Positions 1 through 11,119 of a stretch of DNA of 64,000 nt are shown piece after piece. This DNA comes from Octopus sinensis (lineage: Eukaryota): positions 108,562,001 to 108,626,000 of the forward strand of contig NC_043000.1 in the NCBI RefSeq assembly GCF_006345805.1. Direction: 5' to 3'. The first letter of the stretch is position 1. Each line of letters begins with the position of its first letter. The position numbers were made by a program, and so were the translations under genes. The notes beneath the pieces are model-generated. The model searched no databases. It saw only the letters and a list, made by a program, of their open reading frames with translations, and was not told where the DNA came from.

Positions 1-109
1 AAGATTCTACTGTTTTTGCAACGATAATATTTCGTGCTGAATCAACGATCATTCATTCATTATTGTAATAATAGCATGAGAAAGCAAAATGCTTTCAATT
101 CTGTTAGTA

Positions 110-180
110 CACAAGCGGCCCTCAAAAATCTTTCTGTGATTAAAGTGGCCCACAATGTAATTTGAATTGGCCAGGCCTAG
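110..180. mobile_element. Possible right end of a hAT-type MITE
   Basis: Motifs gcggccctc...gtggcccac...ttggccaggcctag resemble termini of hAT/Charlie-type MITEs; the other end is not seen in the window. Confidence 0.3.
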
Positions 181-642
181 TCAAAGGCAACCCAAACATA
201 ACCTATTACTGTTTTTATCCATCTTATCCTTATTTTATAAAGAAGATAGGCTATTATTAATAGTTTTAGCATGTTGACTGACTATCTAATGAAAGGGTTA
301 TGTCTCAGTTGTTTAGTAAGACAGAAATTGTAAATTAGCAGTTGATATGTTGTTACTATTGTTGTAGAGCGAGTATACAATATGGAGGCAGCTGATGCAC
401 AACTCAGAGGTACAGTGTTAGATAGGCAAATATGAAATGCTTGTTGTACTCACAATGAGTTGAACTACTAATGCTCTATGAGGAAAATGAAAAGAAAAAG
501 AAAGCAAAAATTTACATTCCATGAATTTTTTCCAAACTGTCATTATTTAATTATTTTCCATCTATAAATGTCTTATTTCATAAAATGTTAAATTTATATA
601 TCTTGGGTTATGTCATGCTGGTGATTTCTAAAACCATGTGAA

Positions 643-972
643 GGCACATGGCTCAGGCGTTAGAGCGTCGAGCTTATAATCGTGAGGTTATGAGTTCGAA
701 TCCTGGACCGGGCTGCGTGTTGTGTTCTTGAGCAAAACACTTTATTTCATGTTGCTCTAGTTCACTCAGCTGTAGAATTGAGTTGCGACGTCACAGGTGC
801 CAAGCTGTATTGGCATTTGCCTTTCCCTTTGACAACACTGATGGCATGGAGAGAGGAGGCTGGTATGCATGGGCAACTGCTAGTCTTCCATTAACAACCT
901 TGCTCGGACTTGTACCTAGGAGGGTAACATTCTAGGTGCAATCCCACTGTCAATCATGACCGAAGGGGTCTC
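643..972 (+). mobile_element. tRNA-derived SINE, family A
   Basis: tRNA-like head with A box (TGGCTCAGGCGTTAGAGC) and B box (GAGTTCGAATCC). A diverged inverted copy lies at ~44103-44425. Confidence 0.85.
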
Positions 973-2102
973 AGATTTCTAAAAAGAATTAAATAGTGCT
1001 ATACATGGTTATTACTGACTAGATATTTTAAGAAATTAATGAGTAAGAAACAACAACAAAAAAAATGAAATATGTATATTTTATGAATCATTCTCTTTAT
1101 TCTTTAATCCCAAATTCAAACTTCTAATCCCACCAAATATTATGAAAAACAAATGATTATTTCCCTTGTATCAACTGTTTGCTTGGGGACATCAAATGTC
1201 TTCATTTTCAGAATAATAAATTTATGAAGGGGCATTTGACCCCTACAGAAAGTAGGTTCAGTAATTATGAAGTTCCCTAAGCAGAGTGGACATTTACTGG
1301 TGTTACCAAAAATGTAGGAGGAGCAAGGTGATCTGCATTTAGGGGGTGTGTTTTGGGAGCAGGACATTGTACATGCACTCTGTTTTAGTTTTTGTTTCTT
1401 TGTTTCTTTTGGGTGGAGATAGGGAAAACTCAAGGACCACCCAGACAGCACAGACTCCAGCCACTCCACTGGTTCTTTCTCTACTCTTTCCAATAGTTAA
1501 TGAATGACTGAATAAACTCATTCAAAATTGGCAGCCTTCCAGAAATGGTTCATTTTTTTTTTCTTTTGCTCCTTTCATAATGAACCTTTAAAACTCTATG
1601 AATTAAATAGGAGACTATACGTATTGGCAACCATCGCAACAACACACACACGCGCGCACACACACATACACACACACTCAGTGTTTTGTCCTGTATCATT
1701 CATGTTTTTCTTGATGTAAGCCCTTTGTGGTCAATAAAGAAATCATCACCATTATTATTATTGTTATCATCGTCATCATCATTAGAAGTAGTGGTGGTGG
1801 TGCAGCAGCAGCAGTAATAGTAGTATATTTGTTTTGGTTATTCTCTCCTCCCCCCCCCCAGTCTATGTGGGCTGAAATCAGTAGAAAACAATAGCTTCAA
1901 CAATGAAAACTTTGAAACTTTTTGGCTTTTTTTCTTTCTTGGCAGCTTTCCAAGATATCATTTGTTTCTCATGTAATGAATTTTAAAAAGTCTGTAAACT
2001 ATGTAGGTTTATTATTATTATTATTATTATTATACAGCTGTACACACTGATTCGTTGTTGTACTAGAGTTCCCCTCTACCACAAGCCAAGTTTGGCTTAC
2101 CT

Positions 2103-2231
2103 GTATACAACACCATTAAATAATGAAAATATCAATTATTTAATGGCGTTGTACACTGGAACTATGAGACCATTAGTTGTCCAAATTGTATGTTGATATG
2201 CATGCCTGTAATTAAAGGTCAACAGGCATGC
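2103..2231. other. Two adjacent hairpins (22-bp arms at 2103-2156; perfect 10-bp arms at 2200-2231)
   Basis: gtatacaacaccattaaataat / attatttaatggcgttgtacac and gcatgcctgt / acaggcatgc are reverse complements. Confidence 0.75.
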
Positions 2232-2639
2232 TCTCATTCACAGCCTACAAAGCTCAGATGAGGCTTGTAATGAGGTACAGGTACAACACTAAATTTTTGG
2301 ATGCTGATAGCCTGAAACCTCTTATAATCCACACTAATTTACAAGTAGGAACTGTAAATCCTTGTTTACGGGTACCTCACACTAATAAATTCGTATAACT
2401 TACACTAATCAACAGGTACCTGTATTTCACTTAATTATTTAAGTAACTCTTATATTTATTTGATTTTGAGCCTGTTGGCCAAGGTTACGCTCCCCTCCCC
2501 CAACTTCTCCAGTTCAGTAGAATAACTGATCTGGAAAGGGTTTGAAATCAACACTTCTAGAAAACTGATATTCTGCTTGTATTGCCATATCTATAAACAT
2601 TAACGCTTTCTCTACTGTGGGAGACACCAGTTACACAAA

Positions 2640-2872
2640 GGCAGCGAGCTGGCAGAAACGTTAGCATGCCGGGCGAAATGCTTTGCGGTATTTCGTCCGC
2701 TGCTACGTTCTGAGTTCAAATTCCGCCGAGGTCGACTTTGCCTTTCATCCTTTCGGGATCGATTAAATAAGTACCAGTTACGCACTGGGGTCGATGTAAT
2801 CGACTTAATCCGTTTGTCTGTCCTTGTTTGTCCCCTCTATGTTTAGCCCCTTGTGGGCAATAAAGAAATAAA
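2640..2872 (+). mobile_element. tRNA-derived SINE, family B
   Basis: Head GGCAGCGAGCTGGCAGAA...GAGTTCAAATTCC, then central gactttgcctttcatcctttcggg motif and A-rich end. Further copies at ~41350, 54340, 58680, 58840, 60547, 60790 and 62990 (-). Confidence 0.85.
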
Positions 2873-3509
2873 TTACACCTCATGCTATATTCTCAGTATA
2901 CCACACAAGTCACTAGTGACTCGCAATTGTTATGTTCTTTTTATGGAGACTCACATTACTGTGGTTCAAATTGCATTGTTCAGACTTTAGAAAATGCACA
3001 GAAGACAGGTATCAGAAAGGTTACTATCATCTCCATCATTGGATTGCTACACTCCATCAAATAATTTTTGTGAAAAACAAGCCATGAAAGCTTATGTGAT
3101 ATAATCTGTAGAAAAGAACATCATTTGACATCACCTAATAGTTGTAAGCAAACATCTCCATCATACAAGAAGTATCATTTGTTTCAAGCTTTCCCCAAAA
3201 AGTTGTCTAACAACCAGCAAATAAGTGAGGGTTGGCAGCAGGAAGGGTATCCAATTGTAGAAAATTTGTCTCAATAAATTCTGTCTGACCCATGTAGATG
3301 TTGAAATGATAATGAAGCTGATGATGTCTTTGATGTGATTCCTCCTCGTACAATTTAATCAATGCTAGAAGGTGTTTTAGTCTACAAATTGTTTGGATAA
3401 TCTCAGTTGGTCATAGTTCTTCAACTTAATGTTATGTTTGTGGTATACCTTGCCATATTTCCATTCATTGTACAGAACACTCCTTCTTCAGAAGTCTTTA
3501 CATTAATAC

Positions 3510-3536
3510 ATGCATAGATACACACATGCATGCATG

Positions 3537-3591
<55 letters not shown>

Positions 3592-3790
3592 TATCTTTAT
3601 CTCTCACTCACACTCTATCTCACACACTTACACTCACTCTCTCTCCCTCTCTCACACACACTCTCTCCCTCTCTCACACACTCTCTCTCTCTCACACAAT
3701 CTCTCTCCCTCTCTCACACACTCCTCTCTCTCTCTCACACACACGTGCACACACACGCGCGCGCACACACACACACGCACACACACACAT
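3510..3790. repeat. Compound (CA)n/(CT)n microsatellite
   Basis: Direct reading; it generates the HT/LS-rich ORFs. Confidence 0.95.
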
Positions 3791-3803
3791 GTAAGTGTAT
3801 ACA

Positions 3804-4690
3804 TATCAAGTGGTATCTAAGAGTTCCCAGACTTATGTTTAATAAAAAATAACTTATTTACCTTGGTTTTAACCTCATCTCCTTTGAAATTGTCCCCTTG
3901 CACAGCAATGCACTGGTCCCAGCATTCCTGCCGCTTTTGGAGTCTAGCCTGGGAATAGTTTTCCATAAGCAAGTCAAGGACCTTCTGTGATTCACTTTGG
4001 ATTTCGATAATGGTGAGAAAACAGCGACCTTTGAGCTGTATTTTCATCTTGGGGAAGAGATGGAAGTTCTTCACAGGTGCTAAATCTAGTGAATAGGGGG
4101 ATGGGTTTGAAAGTGATACCACGTAAGTTTTGGTGAGAAACTCATGCATAAGGAGAGCTTGGTGACATGTTGCATTGACATCGTGAAGAATGCAGATGTT
4201 AAGATTGCCTTCATGGACCCATACGACAGACCAACATCATCAGCAACATCATTGATTGTCCTCTGATGATTCTCATGCACAAACTGATGAATTTTCTCCA
4301 CATTTCTAGGGGTGATGGAAAGTCTTCCATATCACTCATCCTCTTCCAGCGACATTCTTCTGCTGTTGAAGTGCCTGTGCCACTCAAAACGTTGCATATG
4401 ACCCATTGCCTCCTTGCTCTAAGTCTGCTGAAGCATGCTCAATGTCTCTGTAGCAGACACCCCAAGTTTAACACAGAATTTCATGCTGGCTCTTTGTTTC
4501 TGTCCATGACAAAATCACAGACTCTAGCATACACACAAATTTCATAACTTGTGAAGTAAATACAACAATGTCACTCAGCACACTGTCTCGTGAAGGTCAC
4601 TGCTAGCTCTCACAGTGCATGCAGCCATGCGCTGGCATCTGTTGGTGCCCTACAGAATTATTCTGGGAACTTTTTAACACCATCTCATAT
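3804..4690 (-). mobile_element. Internally deleted mariner (Tc1/mariner) transposon, non-autonomous
   Basis: Minus-strand transposase remnants: N-terminus QRASMKFCVKLGVSATETLSML, HTH region RTINDVADDVGLSYGS, and C-terminus PYSLDLAP (YSPDLAP motif)...WDQCIAVQGDNFKG. Imperfect TIRs TA-TCAAGTGGTATCTAAGAGTTCCCAGACT / ATTCTGGGAACTTTTTAACACCATCTCA-TA. Only ~0.9 kb long. Confidence 0.92.
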
Positions 4691-4751
4691 AGCTTTGTGT
4701 GTGTATGTATATATATATATATATATGTGTGCGTATACATACATACATACT

Positions 4752-5160
4752 TATATACAGGAGTGGCTGTGTGGTAAGTAGCTTGTTAACCAACCACATG
4801 GTTCCGGGTTCAGTCCCACTGCGTGGCATCTTGGGCAAGTGTCTTCTGTTATAGCCCTGGGCCGACCAATGCCTTGTGAGTGGATTTGGTAGACGGAAAC
4901 TGAAAGAAGCCTGTCGTATATATGTATATATATGTGTGTGTGTGTTTGTGTGTCTGTGTTTGTCCCCCTAGCATTGCTTGACAACCGATGCTGGTGTGTT
5001 TATGTCCCCGTCACTTAGCGGTTCAGCAAAAGAGACTGATAGAATAAGTACTGGGCTTACAAAGAATAAGTCCCAGGGTCGATTTGCTCGACTAAAGGCG
5101 GTGCTCCAGCATGACCGCAGTCAAATGACTGAAACAAGTAAAAGAGTAAAAGAGAGAGTA
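4752..5160 (+). mobile_element. tRNA-derived SINE, family C (CORE-like), with internal microsatellite
   Basis: GGCTGTGTGGTAAG...GGTTCAGTCCC head, then catcttgggcaagtgtcttct CORE-like motif, internal (TA)/(TG) tract and gaaacaagtaaaaga tail. Copies at ~5748, 9010 (-), 29400, 30660 and 49425. Confidence 0.85.
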
Positions 5161-5747
5161 TATTATGGGAGGAAATGCACAACAGCATTAAAACAACTGC
5201 AATCTTTTTTTGAGAAATTAAGACAGAAAACAGGTGTAAAATTTCCCCTTAACATTCCAATGCATTTCTGGCTTATGGCTATCACCAGCAAGGTGTACCA
5301 TAAGAGGGACAACCTTATATGATATTGCTTAGTACTATTTAATAAACCTGCTCCATCCAGTTTATTTAATCATTTTTGCATTGTATTTTTTTATGGTTCT
5401 ATGCATTTTGGAATCATTCCTAGTTAGTTGCATGCATGTGCACGCCTGTGTTTGTGTGAGTATGTGTATTTGTATGCTTGTATTATGAATGTGTGTGCAA
5501 AGATGTGGTGTGAGAAAGATAGAGACATTGAATGTGTGTGCATGTGTCAGTGTTTTAGTATGTATGTGCACCTTTGTGCATGTTTATATGGTACGTGTGT
5601 TTGTGTATGTGTGTATTTATTTTACGTATGTTTGTATGTATGTACACCCCTATATGTTCCTTTCTCTTTCAATCCTTTCTTCTTTCCTTTCCTCTTACCT
5701 CTCTGCTCTCTTTTATTTCGTTCATGATTGTGTATATATAAGTACAG

Positions 5748-5990
5748 GCATGGCTGTGTGGTTAAGAAGCTTTTCTTTACAACTGCAGGTTTCAGGTTCA
5801 GTTCTACTGCACAGCAAGTGTCTTCTACAATAGCTCCAGGTCAACCAATATCTTGTGAGTGAATTTGGTTGACAGAAAATGCATGGAAGGCTATAAAAAC
5901 ATAAGTCCTGAAGTCGATTTGTTCAGCCAAAACCCTCCAAGGGGCACAGACCCGTCACTGAAACAAGTAACTAATAAAAGATAAAAGAAT
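5748..5990 (+). mobile_element. SINE family C, diverged and internally shortened
   Basis: Same head, ggcaagtgtcttct core and gaaacaagtaa tail as 4752-5160. Confidence 0.75.
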
Positions 5991-6399
5991 GATTTGTGTA
6001 CAGGTGTGTACATGTGATTACTATGTATGTGTTTGTATGTGTCTGAATGTGTGTTTGTGTTTCTTTATGTAATTGTTTATGTATGTATCATTATCATTGT
6101 TAATACCATCAGTACCATCACCATGATTTTCATTATTGTCATCATCAGCAACACCATCACCATCATAATCATCATTGTTTTATGCCTGCTTTCCCAGGGT
6201 TGATAGGTTTGGCATGGCATTATGATCCAAATTAATTGTTGTTTAGAGTTACTGTCCTCATAGCCAAGTCAGTGAACCATTTCTGGCTCCTGTGTTTCAT
6301 TTTTGGATTAGTGTCTCTGGCCGGTTGCTCTTTCTTTTACAAACCACTTTACAGAGTGTGTTGGATGTATTGTGTTTCTCTGTGTAATTTTGTATGCAT

Positions 6400-6720
6400 G
6401 GGTTCGGTTCTAAGTTCCATCCTATTCATCATTGTTCTTCAGACTATAACAGAAGAATTCAAGACTGGCTGCCCATTGAAACTGCAATATGCTGATGATT
6501 TTGTCCTCATAGCAGATTCCATAACAGAACTTGAAAAGAAATTCCAAGCATAAAAGTAAAACCTGAAATCAGAGGGCGTTAAAGTTAACTTAGCAAAAAC
6601 CAAGGTTCTAGTAAGCAAGAAGACAGACGGGACCCTACCCACTTCAGGTAAATGGCCCTGTTCAATATGGTGTATCCAGTGCAAGCTGTGGACACACAAG
6701 AGCATTAGGAAGGGCATCCA
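6400..6720 (+). pseudogene. RTE-X LINE reverse transcriptase fragment
   Basis: LSSILFIIVLQTITEEFKTGCPLKLQYADDFVLIAD...VKVNLAKTKVL contains the YADD motif and has in-frame stops. Confidence 0.88.
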
Positions 6721-7788
6721 ACCATAGAAACCATGCCAAAACAGAAAATGGAGCTTGATGTGGCCACCTGGCTTTACCAGTTGCTGTCAAACCATACAAC
6801 CCATGGCATCATGAAAAATGGATGTGAAATGATAATGATAATGATGATGATGACTTGTGTGTAGGCATGTGTAGTAAATATATATGTATATGTATGTAGA
6901 TGTGCCTACCACAAGGTGCAGTTGTTGGTGCGGTGTGGTGGCTTATATGCCTCAATGATACAGCTATGCTTGAGCATATCAGATGCACCCGAATTTCAGT
7001 TGTGCATAACCAGGAAAAATGTTTTCTGTGCATTAAAGCTTATGGAAGGCCCATCTTTGCATCTAGGACCTGAAGTGATTTCACAAGATATTTGTGGAAA
7101 CAAAGTATGTCTTATATGTCATCAAATATGGTAGCTTTTGAAAAGATGGAAGTAGAGGAAATTTTCCTTCACATTAAGTTGTACAACAGAGTCTCTAAGA
7201 CATTTTACCAGAGGTTATCTAACTGATAAAGGTCAAAGCTATGGTGCTCTCTACTGCCCTGTACTTTCAGTGAAGTTTCAGGACCAAGCAGCTAGGAGTG
7301 TTGCAGTCACAGTTGCTGTATCATGGGCTCAGCTCCTGGATGAGATGGTGTGTTGTGCTCTTGAGCAAGACACTTCATTTCATGTTGCTCCAGTCCACTT
7401 ACCTTGCATTGTAATGGCATAGAAGGGTAAGATGATGGCTCAGGAGAATCCCTTGAATGGAGGTTTTGCAAGCCATAGTCTGTATTCTCTGGTGAAAAGG
7501 ATGCATAGTACAACCTGTCTCCTGTGGTAGGATGAGAGTAAGGCTGCTGAGGAGGAAGGGAAATATGATGATAATGGTGTTGACAGTAATGCTTATGATG
7601 ATGTTGATGATGATGACGACAACAATAGTGATGCTTATGGCAATATGATGATAACAATGATGATGGTAGCAATGATGATGAATCTGCTGTGTCTGGTATT
7701 TTCTCATTTATGAATATTTTGCAATTAACTGATCCGTTTCCTGTTTATTATATTCTATAGAACTTCCACAAGCAGAAACCAGATCTCT

Positions 7789-7896
7789 CTCTCCCTCTCT
7801 TATTCACTCTCTCACACTTCCTCTCCCTCTCTTATTCACTCTCTCACACTTCCTCTCCCTCTCTTATTCACTCTCTCACACTTCCTCTCCCTCTCT
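7789..7896. repeat. 32-bp pyrimidine-rich tandem repeat, ~3.4 copies
   Basis: Unit tattcactctctcacacttcctctccctctct starts at 7801, 7833 and 7865. Confidence 0.9.
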
Positions 7897-8627
7897 TTCT
7901 CGCCTTCTGCTTTTGATTCATGCTTTCATAAAATCAGCATTTTTTCATAAATTTCATACCATTGATCAAATTCATGGTTGGTTAATTCCTTTATTGTAAG
8001 CAACTTTGGTGCAGGAAGTGCTGCTGGTTGTGTCATAACAGTAATTTCACTCACTAAAAAGACATTCATACTTTACTTGGGCATGTAACCATATCCAAAT
8101 GAATTATACCTTCAGCTTTCATACTTGCAAGACTCTGTAGGTTCACCTGTGATTGTGAATGTTGTAAAATTTATGTAAAATATAGTTTACCTATGATTTT
8201 TAAATGGATATATTTTGGTTTGTCTATGCAACATTACAGGCTCTTGGGCAAATCAATACATTGTGTCCTGTAATATTTATTGATGGCAATCCATGGATTG
8301 GAATTGGCTTCCATAGGCCTGTGGTGCTCATGGATAATATCCCAGTGTACTCATACCTTAAGATGGCATGTGCTTGTAAATTGAGTTGGATTATATATGT
8401 TTGTTGTTCTGGAAAATGCTATAAGGATCTAAATAAAATGACTTATATAAAATTAAATAAATGGCAAAGGTACAGGAAAGTATGCAATGAAATTCATTAG
8501 CTTACAGTTGTTTCTGCTAAAAGGTGCAGTGCCCTTAGAGCTGACTGTTTGTGCATTGCTTTGTAGCTTCTTCAGAACTTCCTATGTCATTTGTACATAC
8601 ATTTATTTAAAGTGTGTATATAAAGGG

Positions 8628-8665
<38 letters not shown>

Positions 8666-8918
8666 CTAGTGGTACATGTATATGTGTGTATATTTGAGTG
8701 GGTTTGTGTGTTAGTGTCTTTCTCTGCATGCAGATGTCTTAGCGTCTGGGTCTATGTATGTCTGCTTTTACTGGTCTATACATGTGTGGGAGTGCATGCC
8801 TATATACAGCTGTATTTGTATATATGGACTTCCCTTTCTTACACACGTTTGTGCATATATATGTATGTCTATGTATTTTTATGTGTCTGATGTTTGTATG
8901 TATATGTGTATATAGATA

Positions 8919-8961
<43 letters not shown>

Positions 8962-9009
8962 TAGCAGAGATCCCGGGCATTGCTCAGGATTAAAATGGCA
9001 TAGTTTTTT

Positions 9010-9305
9010 ATTGTTTTACTTATTTCAGTCATGTGACTGTGGCCATGCTAGAGCACCGCCTTTAGTCAAACAAATCAATCCCAAAATTTATTCTTTGTAA
9101 GCCTAGTACTTATTCTATCGGTGTCTTTGACTGGACCGCTACGTTACAAGGATGTAACCACAGCAACATTGGTTGTCAAGCAATGGTGGGGTACAAACAC
9201 AGACACACACACACACACAAATATACACAACAATATATACGAGTCTTCTGTCAGTTTCTGGGTACAAAATTTACTCACAAGGCTTTGGTCAGCCTGAGGC
9301 TATAG
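9010..9305 (-). mobile_element. SINE family C, inverted copy
   Basis: Reverse complement of the 4850-5150 segment. Confidence 0.8.
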
Positions 9306-9368
9306 TATATATACTGTCCAACCCATGCCAGCATGGAAAGCAAATGTTAAACAATGATGATGATGATG

Positions 9369-9415
<47 letters not shown>

Positions 9416-9498
9416 CATACATACATACACACACATATATATACATATACATACATACGTACACACACACGCACACACCTATAATATATATATATGTA

Positions 9499-9720
9499 TA
9501 GTGTTAGGTGTGATGTACAGAAATTGAATATTGAGAAAAAAATGTCGTCAGAATTTTGGAAAAAAAAATCTTTTTATTTCTTCATTATTATTAGCTCTTT
9601 GGGGTCTGTCTTGAACTTGTCAAATATTTGACAAGTTCTAGAAAGGAATGAAAGCACTAATAATAATGAAGAAATAAAAGGATTTTTTTCCAAAATTCTG
9701 ACGACTTATTTTTCCCAATA
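9499..9720. mobile_element. Foldback (palindromic) MITE, right tip missing
   Basis: ~85-bp arms fold around the centre cttgtcaaatatttgacaag; same family as 48175-48429. Confidence 0.85.
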
Positions 9721-9792
9721 TATATATGTATGTATATGTATGTGTGTGTGTGTATATGTATGTGTGTGTGTGTGTGTGTATATATATATACC

Positions 9793-11101
9793 CGTCCACT
9801 TCACACCTCTTCCCTAACCGACCCCTCCCCTCTTTCAAACGAGCCCATAACCTTCGAGACCTTTTGGTCCATAGCTCCTTCCCTGACCCTACCTCCCAAC
9901 CTGGCTCATTCCCCTGCTCCCGCCCACGTTGCCGCACTTGCCCTTACCTCTCCAACACCACCCTCCTCACTGGCACCCATCATCGACCCTATCGCATCAT
10001 CAACTCCTTCACCTGCACCTCCAGCAATATTATCTATTGCGTCTCTTGCTCTCTCTGCCATTCCCTGTACATCGGACAAACGGGACGCCGCTTGGCTGAC
10101 CGGTTCGCGGAACACCTTTGTGACATCCGCCTTGCGAACGACACACCAGTCTCACGCCATTTCCGCTCCACCGGTCACTCCTTGCAACACCTGTCTGTGT
10201 TCGGTTTGTCCTTACACAGAGGCCATCCGGATTCCCGTTTGCGCCGTGAACAGGAATTAATCTTCTCTCTTCGCTCTTATACGCCATTTGGTCTCAACTC
10301 TCCCCCCTCCTCATCTAACCTCCCCCCGACCCCTACTTCTCTTCAGTCCTTCATCCTTTCACCCCTACTCCTCTTCCCTTCTTCCCTCTTTCTCCCTCCT
10401 TCTTCCCTCTCCTTCTTCTTCCCCTTCCCTCTTCTCTCTCTCCCTCCCTCTCCCCTCTCTCTCTCCCCTCTCCTCCCTCCCCCTCCTCTTCCCCTCCTCT
10501 CCCTTCCTCCTTCTCCCCCCTCTCCCCTCCTCTTCTCCTCTCCTTCCTTCTCCCCTTCCCCCTCCTCTTCTCCCCTTTCCTTCTCTCCTCCCCTCTTCTC
10601 CCCTTTCTTCCCCCCATCCCCATCATCCATCCCCTCTCCCCCCTTACCTCCCCCCTCTTCCCTCATCTCTCTCTACACTACACCATCATATATACATCTC
10701 TCATACACACACACACACTCTTCTCATACACACACACACACTCTTCTCATACACACACACACACACTCTTATGTTGGAGCGAGGTCATTTAACCCTATTA
10801 TCTCCCCTAATTTCGCTCTTGCATCTCACGTTTGATCTTTGACTTCTGGCCGAAATCAGATCGCCATGTTGATTCGCTAGCCTCTGCACGCATATTTTTT
10901 TTCTCTCCTTCTTTCTGTGTTTTTTCTCTGTGTATCTTTCTGTTGAAGAGCGTAGGCTCGAAACGTTAAAGACTTGTTTTATTTATATTTCCTGAGCACC
11001 ATACTAATACAATTGTTTGTTTGTATTCCACCTGCCTTCGTCTTTTGTTTATTTCCGTAAACCTGCCTTCGTCTTTTGTCTATTTTCATAAAGCTTCCCG
11101 T
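9793..11101 (+). mobile_element. 5'-truncated Penelope-like element (Neptune-type): GIY-YIG endonuclease, C/T-rich 3' region and pLTR tail
   Basis: Open frame CSRPRCRTCPY...FTCTSSNIIYCVSCSLCHSLYIGQTGRRLADRFAEH...RLRREQELIFSLRSYTPFGLN shows the Zn-knuckle linker, IIY-YIG motif and GLN end. Flanked by (TA)n on both sides. Confidence 0.92.
10935..10972 (+). ncRNA. Type I hammerhead-like motif with variant core
   Basis: TCTTT-CTGTTGA-A-GAGC(GTAG)GCTC-GAAAC-GT-T-AAAGA; stems I and II pair and stem III is palindromic. Confidence 0.6.
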
Positions 11102-11119
11102 TATATATATATATATACA

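Noticed and set aside
643-720. tRNA gene
   Set aside because: A and B boxes are present, but the sequence continues into a SINE body that recurs at 44103; no complete acceptor stem
3510-3852. His/Thr/Leu/Ser-rich ORFs in three frames
   Set aside because: (CA)n/(CT)n microsatellite artefact
8204-8500. 98-aa ORF as a host exon
   Set aside because: Acceptor is plausible but there is no clear donor or recognisable domain; cannot be supported
8960-9000. Helitron-type terminus (ctagcagagatcccgggcattgctcagg), with a similar motif at ~27335
   Set aside because: Only a short motif; the other end could not be identified
10310-10842. Pro/Ser-rich and Glu/Gly/Arg-rich ORFs
   Set aside because: Polypyrimidine tract in the PLE 3' region, open in many frames because of composition
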